From Thalia democratica (lineage: Eukaryota): a DNA stretch of 64,000 nt. The stretch spans positions 10,912,001 to 10,976,000 of the forward strand of contig OZ241831.1 in the NCBI GenBank assembly GCA_965202585.1, written 5' to 3'. Under the pieces are notes generated by a model, which saw only the letters and a list, made by a program, of their open reading frames with translations, ran no database searches and was not told the DNA's origin. Positions 13,101-27,159 of the stretch are shown here, one piece after another. The position numbers were made by a program, and so were the translations under genes. How positions within the stretch are numbered: the stretch's first letter is position 1; the number at the start of each line of letters is the position of its first letter.

Positions 13101-16100
13101 TGAGTTGCTTGTCACCACGGATGATGGAACTAAATGTTTGCCCGAACTATACACAGTTCCTCAACAAAGTGTATGTTTGTATTTTATTAAATAGTTTAAT
13201 TAAAATTTTTGAAAAAGAAAAAAAAAACAGGTAATTCTATTTTCTCAATTTTTGCTCGTCTTTGCCAATTAAAAAAATTGGATTCTTATTTTTTTACATA
13301 ATGCTCCTAAATGATTATACACAAGTTTTTTTGCTAGTCATACCATCAATAAACTTAAAATTTTCTATTTATACTTAGTTGTTAAGTTATAAAATAGTAT
13401 TATAATTACTAAGATATTAATAAAATTTTCTAATACTTTGAAAACGATCTACTTTTCAAAATACAGTTAAATCAAATTAAATGTTTGTTTAATCACTAAT
13501 TCACCATTCAAAATTTTTATATCCTTTTTTTTATTTAAAACTTTGACCGAAATTGTCGACAAAAAAGTTCGATTTTATAATAAGGATTTTTATAAATATT
13601 AATAGATTTTTTTTTTGAATTTATTTTAAATTAAGTTTAATTTTAAACATTTACCTCCGTAATTAAGAATCTTGGATTGATGTACTTATAGGAATTTATT
13701 TTATTATTTTTGCACAAATTCACTAAAATTTCGAAAATTTTGCAACAATTTTTTCAGGTTCAAGATGAGAAATTGCATCCGGGTTCTCAGCTTCGTGTTG
13801 CTGATGGGAAAGTCCCTCATTTGTGGGGTCAATCCCTGTATTTGCTGGGTCGAATGATGAGGGACGGTTTGCTGGACCCCGAACAAATCGACCCGCTGAA
13901 AAGGAGGTTTTCCGCCCAACACAAGCCTGATGTTGTTGTGCAAGGTTATTGAATTTTATTTTATAGCTTTCGAATATTAAATTTTTCTTAAAATAAAGTA
14001 TAATGTTTGTAATGAAGTTTTTGTTTTAAATTGTTTCTACTCCAAACGATAAAATAAAAACTGTCAGAAAAAAAAAATTCAACAAGCATTTAAATCAATT
14101 CAGTTGTACCTCTTGCTGATGACAAAATTGTTCAAAGTTATCTGAAGTTATTGTTCAACATTGAAGCCAAAACGAAGGCAGAAGTTACTACTGTGAAGTA
14201 TGGTTATTTTATTTTGATACATACATGTAAAACATTATAAAGTAAATTTCAAAAACTTTTGATTAGAAAAAGTTAGTTCATTTTTTGTTGTTTATGTTAA
14301 AGTCAATTATTTATTAAATGACTGTTTAGTAAATTGTTAAATATAAGAAGTTTGTAATTTAGTTATAATCTTGTTATTAATAATGTTACGTTCAAGCTAA
14401 ACATAGTACAGTAACCTCTCGCTTATTTACGCACATTGTGACCACAGAAAAAGTGCGTAAAGATACGAGAGATCGTAAAGATATGAGAGGTACCAAATAT
14501 ACTTACTATAATGGCTGTTTTTGAAATTTCTTCTATTTAAAAGTAGACTAAGGACTTTTCCACTTTTAACAATTTGTTTACTTAATTTATAAATATGAAA
14601 ACAAAAAACTTTACGTAAAAAAAAAGGATTTAATTTTATATAAAATATTAATACTTGTAGAAAAAATTTAATAATTTTAGTAATAAGTAGATTTCATCTT
14701 TGTCTTTACTTATATCTGACTTCTTTGATACTTAACATTTATATTCTAATCTATATAGCAAATTGCTGTGCAAGGCAAGTTTTTCAGAAGAAGAACTTAA
14801 ACTAAAAAAAAACGTTAAATGAAAATTAGTTATATATTTACTATAAAGAAACAATTGAGACCTGTGTTAAGTGTAAACTCTATATTTATTTAGCATTACT
14901 GCTACTTTTTGCTTGGAAGTTTCAATCGATTTCTTTTTTAGATGTTTATTCATATATAGGGCAAGAGTACTGTATTATCTATTTGTGTTACAAACTCTCA
15001 TTATTTTATTATACTTTCATTATTTAACACAATTTCTTTCAGAATTTAAACTTGATCTCTTATTGCTAACAAAATTTCTGATATACTGAGGTATAACTTA
15101 TTTTTATCAATAAGTCAAGAAACATAAGTTTACAAAGTATAAAGATATAAGAGGTGAGTTAGTATTTAAAAACATATTTTACATTAAAAATATACAATAA
15201 GCCTAATTCGTGCGATATCAAAGAAAACTAAAATTTTGATTGTTTGAATTTTTTAGATTTCTAAAATGCGTAACTAAACGAGAGTGCGTAACGTCAAGAG
15301 TGTGTAAAGATGCGAGAGGTTACTGTACTTTAATTCAGCTTTTTATCTTAATCCTATTAATGTCGAGAAACGGTGAAGTTTGATAAAATACACTTATATT
15401 TAAAATTTTTGTGACCCTTAATTTGAATCAAGGTGTCAAAAATGAGCTTTTTTTGAAAAGGGGACGATTATGAAATTAAGATTTGAAAACCCATTTTAAA
15501 TCAAATTTAAAGCAATAAATCTATGTAAAAAATTAACTGTTACCATCATAATAAGCTAAGCTTGATTTCATACATACAGGAGGGTTGCCACTTTACCTGG
15601 AGACCTGGAAAAACCTGGAAATTGTCAAATTAGGCAAAAAAAAAACCTGGAATTTTAACAATTTTAATATGTTCAGTAGTAAAATTTCGTTTTGACTTAA
15701 AACATCTATCATAAAAAAAAATTGTCATCATCAAAATTTTTTTTATTAAAAAACATATTTAAAGTAGCTTTACAGTATCTTTCAATGTTTATATACTATT
15801 TAACACAGTTTCTTACCTTAAACTTAGAGTTAAATTTAAATAGACCCAAACATGTGTACTTTTAAAAATATTGAAGAAATTTGGAAAACCTGGAAAAATT
15901 TTTTCAAAAAACGAGTGGCAGCCCTGTACATATTGAAGCGTATAGATAGGTTAAGTTAAGAGCTCAAATATTTTGTAAATTACAAGAAGTACAAGTTTTT
16001 TTTCTATAATGTTTTAGCTTGTAAACACATTGCTCGATTGTTGCAGTGTAAGATCAGCACGTCTGTTGTCGCAAGTGTACTCGTTGCTTGGTAGAAACGA

Positions 16101-19100
16101 GAAGATGCATTTAACAGGAAGACCCCATCGCGAAATGGGCATCGTGTCTACCAGCAAAGTTTATATCATACGAGATGAAAAATACCTGTTTATTCCAAAG
16201 GTACTAAATTAGAATTTTTTTTAACTGTCATATTAATTTTCTCTATGGGGTTAACAACTTAATTTTTTTATAAAAAAATTTGTTGAAAGAAAACTATTTT
16301 TAAACCTTTTGCGTACGTAGAAAACTAAGCTTTAAAATATTATGTCTGATTACAACTTTTTCGTGAAACGTTTTTAACAAATACTACAATTATAACAAAC
16401 TTTATTCAAGCATGTTTTACAACTGAGTATTAAAATAAAAAACTGTTTTCTCCAAAAAATTTAAACAATAACAAAACAATATTACTGTTTGATAAAATGA
16501 AGACAAAATTTTATAAAATGTTCAAATTATATTTTTTTCACTTTTCTAAACTTTTGTTGTTTCTATCACAAAAAATATAATTATAATTATCTTTTGCACC
16601 TTGTCCTTATACAAAATTCATCAATTTAATTTATTCAGATAATGGACGACCGGGACTTTTACATCAGCCTGGACACCGACATGCTCATGGACACCATGAC
16701 AACCGACCTGCAGTACCTGGCAACCTCGTGGGTCGGCATGACGGGAGGGCGACCCCTCGTGGTTCTGCCCGTCAGCAGAAAACTGCTCGTAAGTGACGGT
16801 GATGACGTAACAATGCACCCGTCGTTCGTCACGATGCTGAGGAAGCTGCAAAGCGGTTATTTGAATGGCGTGAGGTTTGGAATATATATATATATATATA
16901 TATACAACAGAATATTTTATACTTTTGTTCGTTTATATACTTCAAAACTGGTTAAGTCATTAAATTAAGCATTTGAAAATTAAAATAACGTAATGTATTA
17001 TATTTTTTCATTGTGGTAGCCTTTATAAGCTGTAATTAATTATTTACTTCAAGATAAAAATAAAAGAGAGAACATAAAAACTTTAATCTAGTTTTGAAAT
17101 AACGTCATTTAATTAAAAAGTTCCGAATACAAACTTATGAATAAAGAAATAATAGGAATTTCGAACCATCTACTAAAATTTTATTTACTCCTTAACTTCT
17201 TAAGCACATAATTAATTTTACCTTAAGTTTTTAGGAAGTGATTTTTACATAAAAACAAAATACTATTGTAACGATAAAAAAAAAGTTAAACGTAAAAGTA
17301 AACTTTGTTAAAACGAACAAAGCTAGGAAATTAATCTTTTATAAAGAAAACAGATAGTTTTACTTAAACTGAAAAAATAATTAAAAAATAAATTGTTTTA
17401 AAGTTATGATTATTTTGTTAAGTTTTAAGAACTATTGCTAAAAAACTCTAGTAAAACTTTTTATGTAATATTCATATTTTACATTTTGAATTGGTCCTTC
17501 TTCTTTGTATCCTGGTATCTCAAAAACTTACTTTGAATTATAAACACCGTTAAAAAGAAACTGCAGGCTAAGTTTTAGATCATCCAATTTCAGTCAATTT
17601 AATAATAAACGTATGTAAACTCCTTCCATTTGATATTTTTCATACCGCAATGATTGAGTCGATCAGTTATAAAAATTGAAACTTTTTAAAGTAAACGTGA
17701 GTTTTGATTTTAAAATTTTGTACAACATTTTCTTTAAGGGTTGATCATACCAATTCGATCATCAGACCACAGAGTTTCCGTAGACTGATGATCGAATTGG
17801 TATGATGAACCCTAATGTTAAACTTGAGCTTGTCTCACGGCATACGAAAGTCCAGATTTCTACTCTGCTAACTTTCGCCGATGTTTTTGTTGAACATTTT
17901 CTTTATATAAATTTTTTCAGAGTGAATTTCGGAAGTTTAGAAAATTTTCTTTCAACAACTTGTGAATCATCTTTAACATTTCTTAATTCACCGAATAACG
18001 GTTTGTTCCATAATTAGTTTTTCTATACTGAATTTTAGATATGAATATTTGTAGCTCCTTTTATTTTTTTCTTAACTGATAAACGTTTTTTAATCTACTA
18101 GAGATACATCTAGAAAAATTTTAAATTTACTATATAGTTAATTTGTATAAAAACATGATTTATTCAAACTATTTTGTATTATAATATTTTTTTTATTTTA
18201 CATCATTACAGATGTAAGTAGCGAAATTTTAAACTCAAATTTGAAGAAAGAAGAAAAAACAAAAGTGATAAGTAATTATTTAAAACTCAATGAGCAGGAA
18301 ATTGTTGATGATTATGATAAAAATAGACTGAACACATCTGCTCCAAAAAGTAAACTAATATTTGTTCTTATTATAAAGCTAACGTGTAATTTTAATGAAA
18401 ATGAAACGATATTTCACTAGCTAATTATTGTCTTTTTTTACAAGAAATAAGAAGAAATTTTTATAAACATTTCTATTTTAATTTTATACGTGTTGTTAAG
18501 TTTTGTAAACTTGATTTTTAGGTTTGTGGAACCAGAAACTGTTTTAAAGTTTAGAGACATTTTTAGTACTGATAAGTGAGTAATCAATATTTTGTTTTCA
18601 AATGTTGTACATTTATTTTTTGTAGAAAGATTTGATTTCCGAAGAAGACTGAGTCGTCAAAAATCTTTCGATGAAAAGTAAGTTTGATGTTAAAGAATTG
18701 TAAAATTATGTTTTGAGTTTAAATTATGCCTTTTGATAATTTTTCTGAATTATTTTATATTTTTATTAGTAAGTATTTTTCTTTGATCCTTCTTTAATTC
18801 TTTAATTAATTTAGTTCTTTAATTTTTTAAAATTGAAAAAGTAATAGTTACAATCTGATTATCAATCTTAATAAAAAATTAAAAACTCAAAACTATCAAA
18901 ATAAAACATGATCAAAGTTATTAAAACATTTGCAGGCGATTGAAGCAGCTTGAAGAGGAAATGAATAGAAAATCGCGAATTCAATTGCAAGGTGATGATT
19001 GGCTGCTTGATGAGATGCTGAGAAATAGCGATAAGGTGCATGAACAAGCAGAAATAATCATGAAAATTTTTCATCGAAAGTAAGGAATTTTTGTAAAAAC

Positions 19101-22100
19101 ATAAATTATTTTGAGATTTAAGGTTGCTATTCTGAAAAAGTTTATTTTTACATTTAGTTTTTAACTTTTAAATGTTCGAAAACTGTTGTTTAATTACTAA
19201 AACGTAATTGCGCAACTACAGATAAGTCATACGTCTATAAAAAAGAAAACCTTTGTTCTTACTTTACTTTTAACAAAAATTAAGTTTTTGTGTTGTTTTA
19301 AGACTTAGTAGAACTTCTTATAGAATTTCTTACTGCGTTTTTAGTTTTTTAGCTGTAAGTTTATTAATTCTGCTCTAAAAGCTACTATTAAAATTATTAT
19401 TGTTTCAAGTCATTTTTTTAGTTTATATAATTTATAAATTTATGAAAAAAAACTGAGCTTTATATATTATACATACTTATCACAATTTTTTCTATTTTAG
19501 AAAAGTATCATCCTTTTAAAAAAACTTATTTTAAAATGTTGCTCATTTTTTGAAAGCTTAACATTTGCTTCTGATCACAAAATATTTTTTAAGTAGCTAA
19601 CGATTATTTCAGTTAACAATTTATTTTAGACACAGAGGTCTTCACTACCAAGTCAAACTGAATAATGACGTCACAATAGAATTGTACCAATTGGTTGATG
19701 AAATTCTTGATTGGGCGACTAAAAACTTTGATTGGTTGCTAATTAGACAGGTTTAAGTGAAAATACTGAACGTTTGTAAAAAAGTTTTTTTTTAAACCTA
19801 TTACTATAATTGTAAAAGAAAAAAAATTATAATCACCAAATCTTAGATTAAATTGCTAAAAAAGATAGATTGTTAATCCGCATAGTGAATTGTTTTTTTT
19901 TATTGTAACTAGATCGAACTGCAAATGATAAGTTGTTTTATTTACTAGAGAGTGGTAGGTTAAAAAAATACCAAAAAACTTTTTGAACTAAATTAAAAAT
20001 AATATTTAAAGAGCTATTATACCTAGGCTGATAGTGGAATGTAAATTTTATTAAACAGATGTCAAGTTTACTGAAGAAAAGTATGAGTGGACTGTCGGAA
20101 TCGGTGATTGATATTTTGGTGAGGCAGAAACAAGTTACTGTCGGTTTTCCCAGGTTCGCTAAGGAAATCACTATAACAAGGTTGATACTTTGTTTTTTTT
20201 TACAACTGTATATAACAATTAAGTGAAACATTCTTTTAAGTGTACTAACAAAATAAAAAATTTGTTTTATATACCTCCTATCATATTTAGCTGATCTTTA
20301 ATTATCTTACAGAGCTTTAATGGTAAAGCTATTGTTTAGTTTTATTTTTCAATTTTTTATAAAAAAGTATTACTTAAGTAATACAGTTGCTTTTTTTCTG
20401 ATAATATTTTGTTTCTTTCTAAAAAAGTTTGAGTTTTATTGCAAACTAAAACTTTTTAGTTCACAGATTTAGTCAAATTTTCCAGATTGATAGTTTAATA
20501 AACTTTGATTCATATTTCAATCAATATTGAGTTTCAATTATGTTTTTGATAGTTTGTATTTATTTATATTAAAAAAAAATTTCACTCAGTTTTAGAATAG
20601 AATCAAAAAAAAATTAATATTATATGATTTTTTAAAATTTTTATTCTCAATTAACAATTGATATAAATACGAAAATTTTATTTAACAGACCAGTATCAGA
20701 TGATGAATTGTACATGATGATTTCAAATGCATTCAGTGATGACCATGATATGTGTGTGCTTGCTCAGGTTAGATATTGAATGTGTGTATATAATAATATA
20801 TACATTTAATATATTTATAGTTTTTTTAAAGTTTCGGTCAATAGTGCTCGACAAGTAAAGTTGGGAAAAAATATTTAATTAAACACTTATTTATATATAG
20901 TCTTTAAAGTTGTATACCTTCGTTTTAAGTACTAAAATAGTTCATTTACAAACTAAAAAAAATAGTAAAAAATTTTTATTTTATACATCAGTTTATGTCT
21001 TTTAGCTAAATAAGTTAGCGCTCAAGGTTTACACTACTTGAACACTACTAGTTTTTAGTTATAATTTAACTAGAGCTCTTTTAAAGTTTTACGGTTCAGA
21101 AAACATTCATTTGTACCTTATAATTAACAAACATATTACAGGAGGTAATATTGTACTTGGGAATGTTTGTAAGATCATCTCCTAAACTATTCGATGATTT
21201 GCTACGACTCAGAGTAGGACTCATCATACAAGTAAGTGAAACACTTTTATTATTTTTGTATTTTATTTTAAATGAATTTCTGGTAAACTTAAACTAAAAA
21301 ACAAATATTTCTTCTAACTGTTTAAAGTTTGCATAACCGTATTTTTTATTTCATTGCCAGGGTTCATAGGCGTCAGTAAAACAAGCTAAATGTTTTCTTT
21401 TTGGAAAAATTAGCAAAATTTTCGTTTTTGTCTGTTCAAATGCTTGAAAATTTAAGAATTTTTTTTGAGTGAATTATAAGCTGTGAATTTTTTTTAACGA
21501 AGCATTTGGTTTTTGTAACCTTAATTTTACTAAATTTGATGCAATATCAGCGAAATGTTAGTACTTATCAGTACAATTGCTTGAAAAACTCCGAGTTTCT
21601 AAAAAAATTTAGACTCTTTTTTGTTTTGTGTGCATACTATCACTTCCTTACCAGAAATGTACTTTTCTTACAAATTTTTTAACAAGTTTGTAAGAAATTC
21701 TTGAATGCAATAGTTGTACAAGGGCAAACTCATACAGTGAGTGTAGTGGTATCGCTATATCTAAATTTTTTATAACATTTTTAGAACCGGTGAGCTAGCA
21801 CTCTGGAAGTAAGATGTTAAACATGTCTGTAGCACTTATAAAACATTTCAAATTTCAAAAATTAAAACTATTTTGATATCTTCTGGTGCCATACCTAATT
21901 TTGTATTAATTTTGGATTTATTTAAAATAATAAAAAGTGAGCTAAGAAATTCTAGTATTAATATCTTACGCAGTTAGAAATAATATATTAGTTTATATCG
22001 CATTATCTGTTTATAAGCCCAACTGGGAGCAACCGACTAAGGTTAGGAAAAATATCATGCATTTTTTAACTTTTCAAGTGTGAGTCTAAATTTGCAAAAT

Positions 22101-25100
22101 TTTACGTATGTACCCTGTATTGCGCTTTTAAAATATTTAATGTTTTTTTTTATAACCGTACTAAAATATTTTCAATCATACTTAATTGTTCAAATGCATA
22201 TAAAACAGTCAATAACAACCAAAACAATTCAGGTGATGGCTAGTGAACTGTCGCTGAATTTGAAATGTACGGGAGAAACCGCCATGGAGTATCTGATGAG
22301 GATGAGCCCGTTTGAAACTAAACTGCTGCTCTACAACTTGCTCAGTGGTAAAGAATTCGGAGTCATGAAAAGCGGTGGGTTTAAATCATACGCTCTCACG
22401 AATAAGTACTACATAAAATAAACTTATTTTGTATCATGTAGTGCATAAGTCATTTAATAATATATTTTTTTTTACATGTAATTGTTTTATTAATTGATCC
22501 ATAAGTTGTATTTTTTTAAATTTTAACTTTACTTTCTTCATAGTTGCCTCTAAACCTGGAATTCTGAAAAACCTGGAATTTGAAAGTTCAGGGTAACAAA
22601 ACCTGGATAAACCTGAAATTTTTAAACAATTTTTACATTCAAGTAGTAAAATTTCGATTTGATACGAAAAGTCTATCATATAGACAAAAATACTTTTTCA
22701 TCATAAAAATCTTTTTTTACTAAAAAACAAATTTAAAATTGTTTTACAGTATCTTTTAAATGTTTTTATACTAGTTTACACTTTTTTTTTTACATTAAAT
22801 TTAACTTTGAACTAAAAATAGGCCCAAAAACGTGTACTTTCAAAAACCTGGAAAAAAATTCTCAAAAACCAGTGGCCACCCTGTTTCTTGCTTACCATTT
22901 AATTGTACAGAATTTGTTATTGCAGTTTTGACAAGAGTCTTTTACTGCAAGACACATGTTTTAAAGTAATTATTGTTAATCTTTTTATTATTTCTAAAAG
23001 GACACATATGTGTATTAGTTTTACTTCTAAAACAATAATATAAGCTGTTTTCAGAGAATCAATAAATGTTTACTGTTTGTTAAAAAATAAAATAGTTATT
23101 TTATACTTTTTTATACTAATTTATATCAACAATATACATTAATTTTAAATAAGCTTAAATGTGCTAGTTAGTGTATTATTTTTTGCTAGTCACTGTAAAT
23201 GATAAACAATTTTAATACTTTTAAAATAAACACAAATTAAAACTCACATTTCTTAAGGGAATTATTTAATTTAGAAAATATTTAATTTAAAACTAAAACA
23301 TGCAAATCAATCTTCTCCGAACACTTATAGCAAATAAATTAACATATATTTATTTCGTTGTATATGTAATATTAACTAGTAGTCAATTTGTTAGAAGTAT
23401 GGAGAAAATTTCTACTAGTTTTTATAATTCCAGTTAACAAATCAACAAAGAACGGAGCAAAAACACCCCAATTATCTGTCGTTCCAAACAAGAGCTTGAA
23501 AAGCTGGAACTTGGTCAAAGAACATCTAAAAGTTTGTCTACCTTATGGTTAACAGTGTTTTTTTTAACTGACACTTTAAAAGAATGACAAAAATATTCAT
23601 AATAAAAACTGAATGTTTTGCAGAACAAGTTGTCTTTCAAAATGAACCAATCAGACAACAGTAATTTGTCACATGACATACAAGCAATTGAAAACAAACC
23701 GCCCGTTATTATAACTGATGAAAATGTATCACAGGTTGGTTTAAGTGAGCTAACAAAAGTAATTTTTATATTATAAATTACTTTAATCAAAAAGTATTTT
23801 GTCTGATTGTTGTAACGGACCAATAAGTTTACCATAAAATATGTTAACTTAAAAAACTCATTATGAATGCATTTAGTTATAATTAATTTGCAAAGTATGG
23901 AGAAACCTTTAAAATCTTATACCATTTTTTTGAAGAAGTAATAAAATCATGTTTTCTTCTAAAATTAATATTTTATATTTTTATTTTTATTAATTGTATA
24001 ACTGTTTTATCGTATAAAATAAAATGACTGAACCGAAAAGCATAAGTGTTTACTAAAAACTAAAACTAAAAGTCATGTGTAATATCATATACATATCATA
24101 TTTTGTAGACTTTTGGTTAGACTTAACAAGTTTACGAGTGGCCGTAGTTTTGTTTGATAAAGTTTTAAAGTAATAAAACCCAGTGTCAAATATCTATCAA
24201 GTAGTGTATTGAAAGTGTAATTTAACCAGCAAGGTAGCGGCCACAAGAGGGGGCTGTGGCTGCGAAGGAGACGGATCGACGGGGCGTTGAACAGAGTTCC
24301 GCTGAACTTCTACAACTCAATATGGAGGCTGCTTGAAAAGTGCCAGGCAATCGTCATCGGTGGAAACTTCATTCCGGGGCATCTGACTAAGGAAGTTAGA
24401 GTATTACTTAGAATTAAATAAATTTCATTATTTCTAGTTAAGAATTATAACTTAACTAACTTTTTAAATTAGTAGTTTTTCGACCTTTAAATACAATTGT
24501 ATTTAATTATGTGTTTATGTAGATATAGTAGAAGCTTACTTATTTGTTTTACTGTAAAATTACTTAAAATCGTGTTTACTCCTATAAATAAAGACAGTTG
24601 TACTTATTAAGTCTAAATTAAGACATTTGTTATAAAGAGTCTAAGTTATCTAAACAAAAAATGAATGTCTATTATTAACCTTACTATTACACTGAGCTTT
24701 TTCTAATAGTCTTACTTATCCAGTTTAAAGCAAAATTTAATTAGAAAACAAATAACTTTCAACTTTTGTCGCACAGATGACAGCGGAGGAACTGAAGTTC
24801 GCTTTGCACGTTGAGAACGTGTTGAACAAACTCGCCCATCCCGAATACAGGCAGCTAGTGGTTGAAACCGTGGTGATTCTGTCTTCGATCTGCAGTTGTG
24901 ACGTCACCTTGCACACAGTTGACGTTTGCCACTTGTTGCACGTCGCTAATGACATGTTCGCTCACAAACAGGTACTTGTTCCATCAATTATTATAATATG
25001 TTTAGTATAAATTCCGAAATACACAAAGGTTACAGATTTCAACAAAGGAGACTTTGTATTAAAACATTAGCTCTAAGTTCGAAATAAGCCTCCATCAATT

Positions 25101-25289
25101 TGTTTTCAGAGACAATTTGGAGCAACTGAAGTTTTCCTGAGAAGGGACCCGGATACCAACATTTGCCACCAGTTTTACGATTGCGCCCCAAGCGGGAAAA
25201 ACGGTACTATGACGTACATATCGTCGTCTATAGCAACGTGCTTGTCAGACATGCTACCTCCCGTTGTCAACCAGTGCCTGGTTTCCTGA
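4121..25289 (+). CDS. PHKA: Phosphorylase b kinase regulatory subunit alpha (PHKA1/PHKA2 orthologue), ~27 coding exons, ~1173 aa
   Basis: Phase-compatible GT-AG exons: 4121-4198, 5433-5594, 8609-8680, 9039-9183, 9792-9955, 10470-10610, 12273-12377, 12626-12718, 12991-13170, 13758-13944, 14104-14197, 16047-16200, 16639-16874, 17921-18000, 18212-18349 (uncertain), 18626-18677 (uncertain), 18936-19079, 19636-19750, 20059-20180, 20689-20767, 21142-21231, 22233-22374, 23434-23531, 23624-23734, 24230-24394, 24777-24971, 25110-25289. Recognised motifs: N-terminus [26 protein letters not shown] (alpha-type, cf. MRSRSNSGVRLDGY), [78 protein letters not shown]-terminal CaaX CLVS*. Confidence 0.96.
6425..6716. 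mobile_element. MITE with CAGGGTTGCCAAA TIRs (6-bp TSD class)
   Basis: Perfect TIRs CAGGGTTGCCAAA / TTTGGCAACCCTG; flanks GTCATT / ATCATT (5 of 6). A degraded relative lies at about 7798-8138. Confidence 0.75.
8361..8440. repeat. 40-bp tandem duplication
   Basis: TAATTTAT(C/A)TCAAAAGTTACTTAAAGTGTTTATGTTCTA(C/T) twice, head to tail. Confidence 0.9.
14409..15325. mobile_element. Tc1/mariner (pogo/Tigger-like) non-autonomous element
   Basis: TA | CAGTAACCTCTCGC ... GCGAGAGGTTACTG | TA; subterminal GCGTAAAGAT / CGAGAG repeats at both ends. Confidence 0.85.
15577..15926. mobile_element. MITE of the CAGGGTTGCCAC/ACCTGGAA family with exact 6-bp TSD
   Basis: TACATA | CAGGAGGGTTGCCAC ... GTGGCAGCCCTG | TACATA; colinear with the 22539-22883 copy. 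Confidence 0.85.
16882..16904. repeat. (AT)n microsatellite
   Basis: About 11 AT units just after the donor of PHKA exon 13. Confidence 0.85.
17738..17812. mobile_element. 75-bp hairpin MITE, PIF/Harbinger (Tourist)-like
   Basis: TAA | GGGTTGATCATACCAATTCGATCATCAG - 19 nt - CTGATGATCGAATTGGTATGATGAACCC | TAA; 28-bp arms with 1 mismatch and a 3-bp TAA duplication. Confidence 0.75.
22539..22883. mobile_element. MITE of the same family with exact 6-bp TSD
   Basis: TTTCTT | CATAGTTGCC ... GTGGCCACCCTG | TTTCTT; internal sequence aligns with 15577-15926. Confidence 0.85.
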
Positions 25290-27159
25290 AGTATATTGCA
25301 CAATTTTTTTTGTACAAAGTCTAACAAAATGGTTTAAAACTGTTGATTTGTAACATCAAGTAAAGCTGTTAGACTAAATAATTTGTTAAGTTTTTATTTG
25401 AAACATCAGAAGCAAATCAGCACTAACGTGTGTTGAATCAGTTTTTATTGCATTTTGAATTATTTTTAATCAGCATCAGTTTATTTATTTATTTTCATTA
25501 GTTTTTAATAACCATACTTTTTAAATTATATGTTTAATTTTAAAAGATGAGGATTTTTTATTTATATAAATGCATCAGATGAAACTTTTAATTTTTTTTT
25601 AGTTTCTTATATTTATTATATGCACCAGAGTTGTTTCCTAGATGATTTTTCTTACTAGAACTACCATAAGATTTTCTTTATATAAATTCTGTAACCTATA
25701 TGTATTTAAATCAACAAAGATAAAACTAATTTTTAAACAAACTCTTAGAATAGTACAAACGGCTGAATTTGTACTATTTTTTATTTTGTATTTCTACTTC
25801 AATTCTGTACTTTTTAAAAAAATTTGAAGCAGCATTTACGAAAGATAACTAAATTGAAACTTTTTAGTTAACTTTTAGTCGTTTTTTTTTTCTAATATGC
25901 CTAACTTTAAGTTTTTTACTTAGTGTCTTAACCCTTTACTTGGTCAGATATTTTAATATATTTTAGTCTACAATATTTCGAAATATACAAATATCCTGAA
26001 CATTCCTGTTTCCTTTCTAAAATAACTTTTATTACACTTTTTAAGTATGTTAAATAATTAAAATGTGTTTAAGTAAAAATCTAAATTATACTAACAAACA
26101 TAAAAAGCAAAAACAAAATCCTAAGCAAACAGATAAGACTGTGACTGCTAATGATAAAATATTTTTGAAAAAACATAAAATAAAGTATTGATTCAACTTA
26201 CGATTAAAGTAAGTACTTAAATATTACTATAATACTTGTTTCTAATAGGGTTTAGTTTGTATAAGTAAGTTTAGTTATATAGATATTATTTTATTAAATA
26301 TCTTTAATCAAATGTTATATTCTAATAAATAACTTTGTTTTTGACACATGATTAAAATAAACTGGTTTCGTTATACTTGTATAACAACTTTCTTTCTAGA
26401 AATTATTCTTCAAAAATAACGTTGTTAAAAATAGGTCAAAACAACGATGTAAAAGTTTTAATAAATTACAATACTTTCTTTCGAAGTCTGAAATTTTAGA
26501 AAATGTTATCAATATTGCCACATACAATAAAAATTTACTATTATTACTTATTTCCACAAAATTACTTTAATCTGATTAATAGCAAACTGTCTGAACTTTA
26601 AATGTCGTGCACCCATAAAATATGTTACAGAAAAACTCCATAGGGGAATTGACACTTGAACATAAAATTTTAATGATTGGTTTCAAATAGGTATAGTAAT
26701 ATATATTTAGTTACTTTAAAGTTTGCTATAAGAAAGGTTACTAAAAGCTTTATTTATAGGTACATACTACTTTAAAACTTCAGTTAAAAAATACTAATTT
26801 AAAAAAAGTAGTATAAGTACGAGATACATAACACCTTTACGACTATGAATGCTAAATAAAAATAAATTTACTGATAATTAAAAATTAAATCTAAAAACAA
26901 CAATGAATTAAAAAGGATAAACAAAATAACAATGCTGTTATTATAACTGTAATTTTTTTTTGTCAAGAAACTAAATAGTTCTGCTTCATCGTCTTAGATA
27001 AATTTTAAGTAAAAAATAAAAACTAAGTATTTTATGTCTTTAATGCAACGTAGTTTTTTTATTTTAATAGTAGCTTGTATAAAGAATAATGAAATTTATA
27101 AAAAAGTTGAAAATAGCAAATAGTTTAATTCATATCTAAACTTTGTTGTTTAAAGTTTA

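Noticed and set aside
16621-16851. Antisense ORFs over exons (also 9048-9233, 13704-13943, 24737-24955, 52289-52555)
   Set aside because: Opposite-strand shadows of GC-rich PHKA/CLPTM1L exons.
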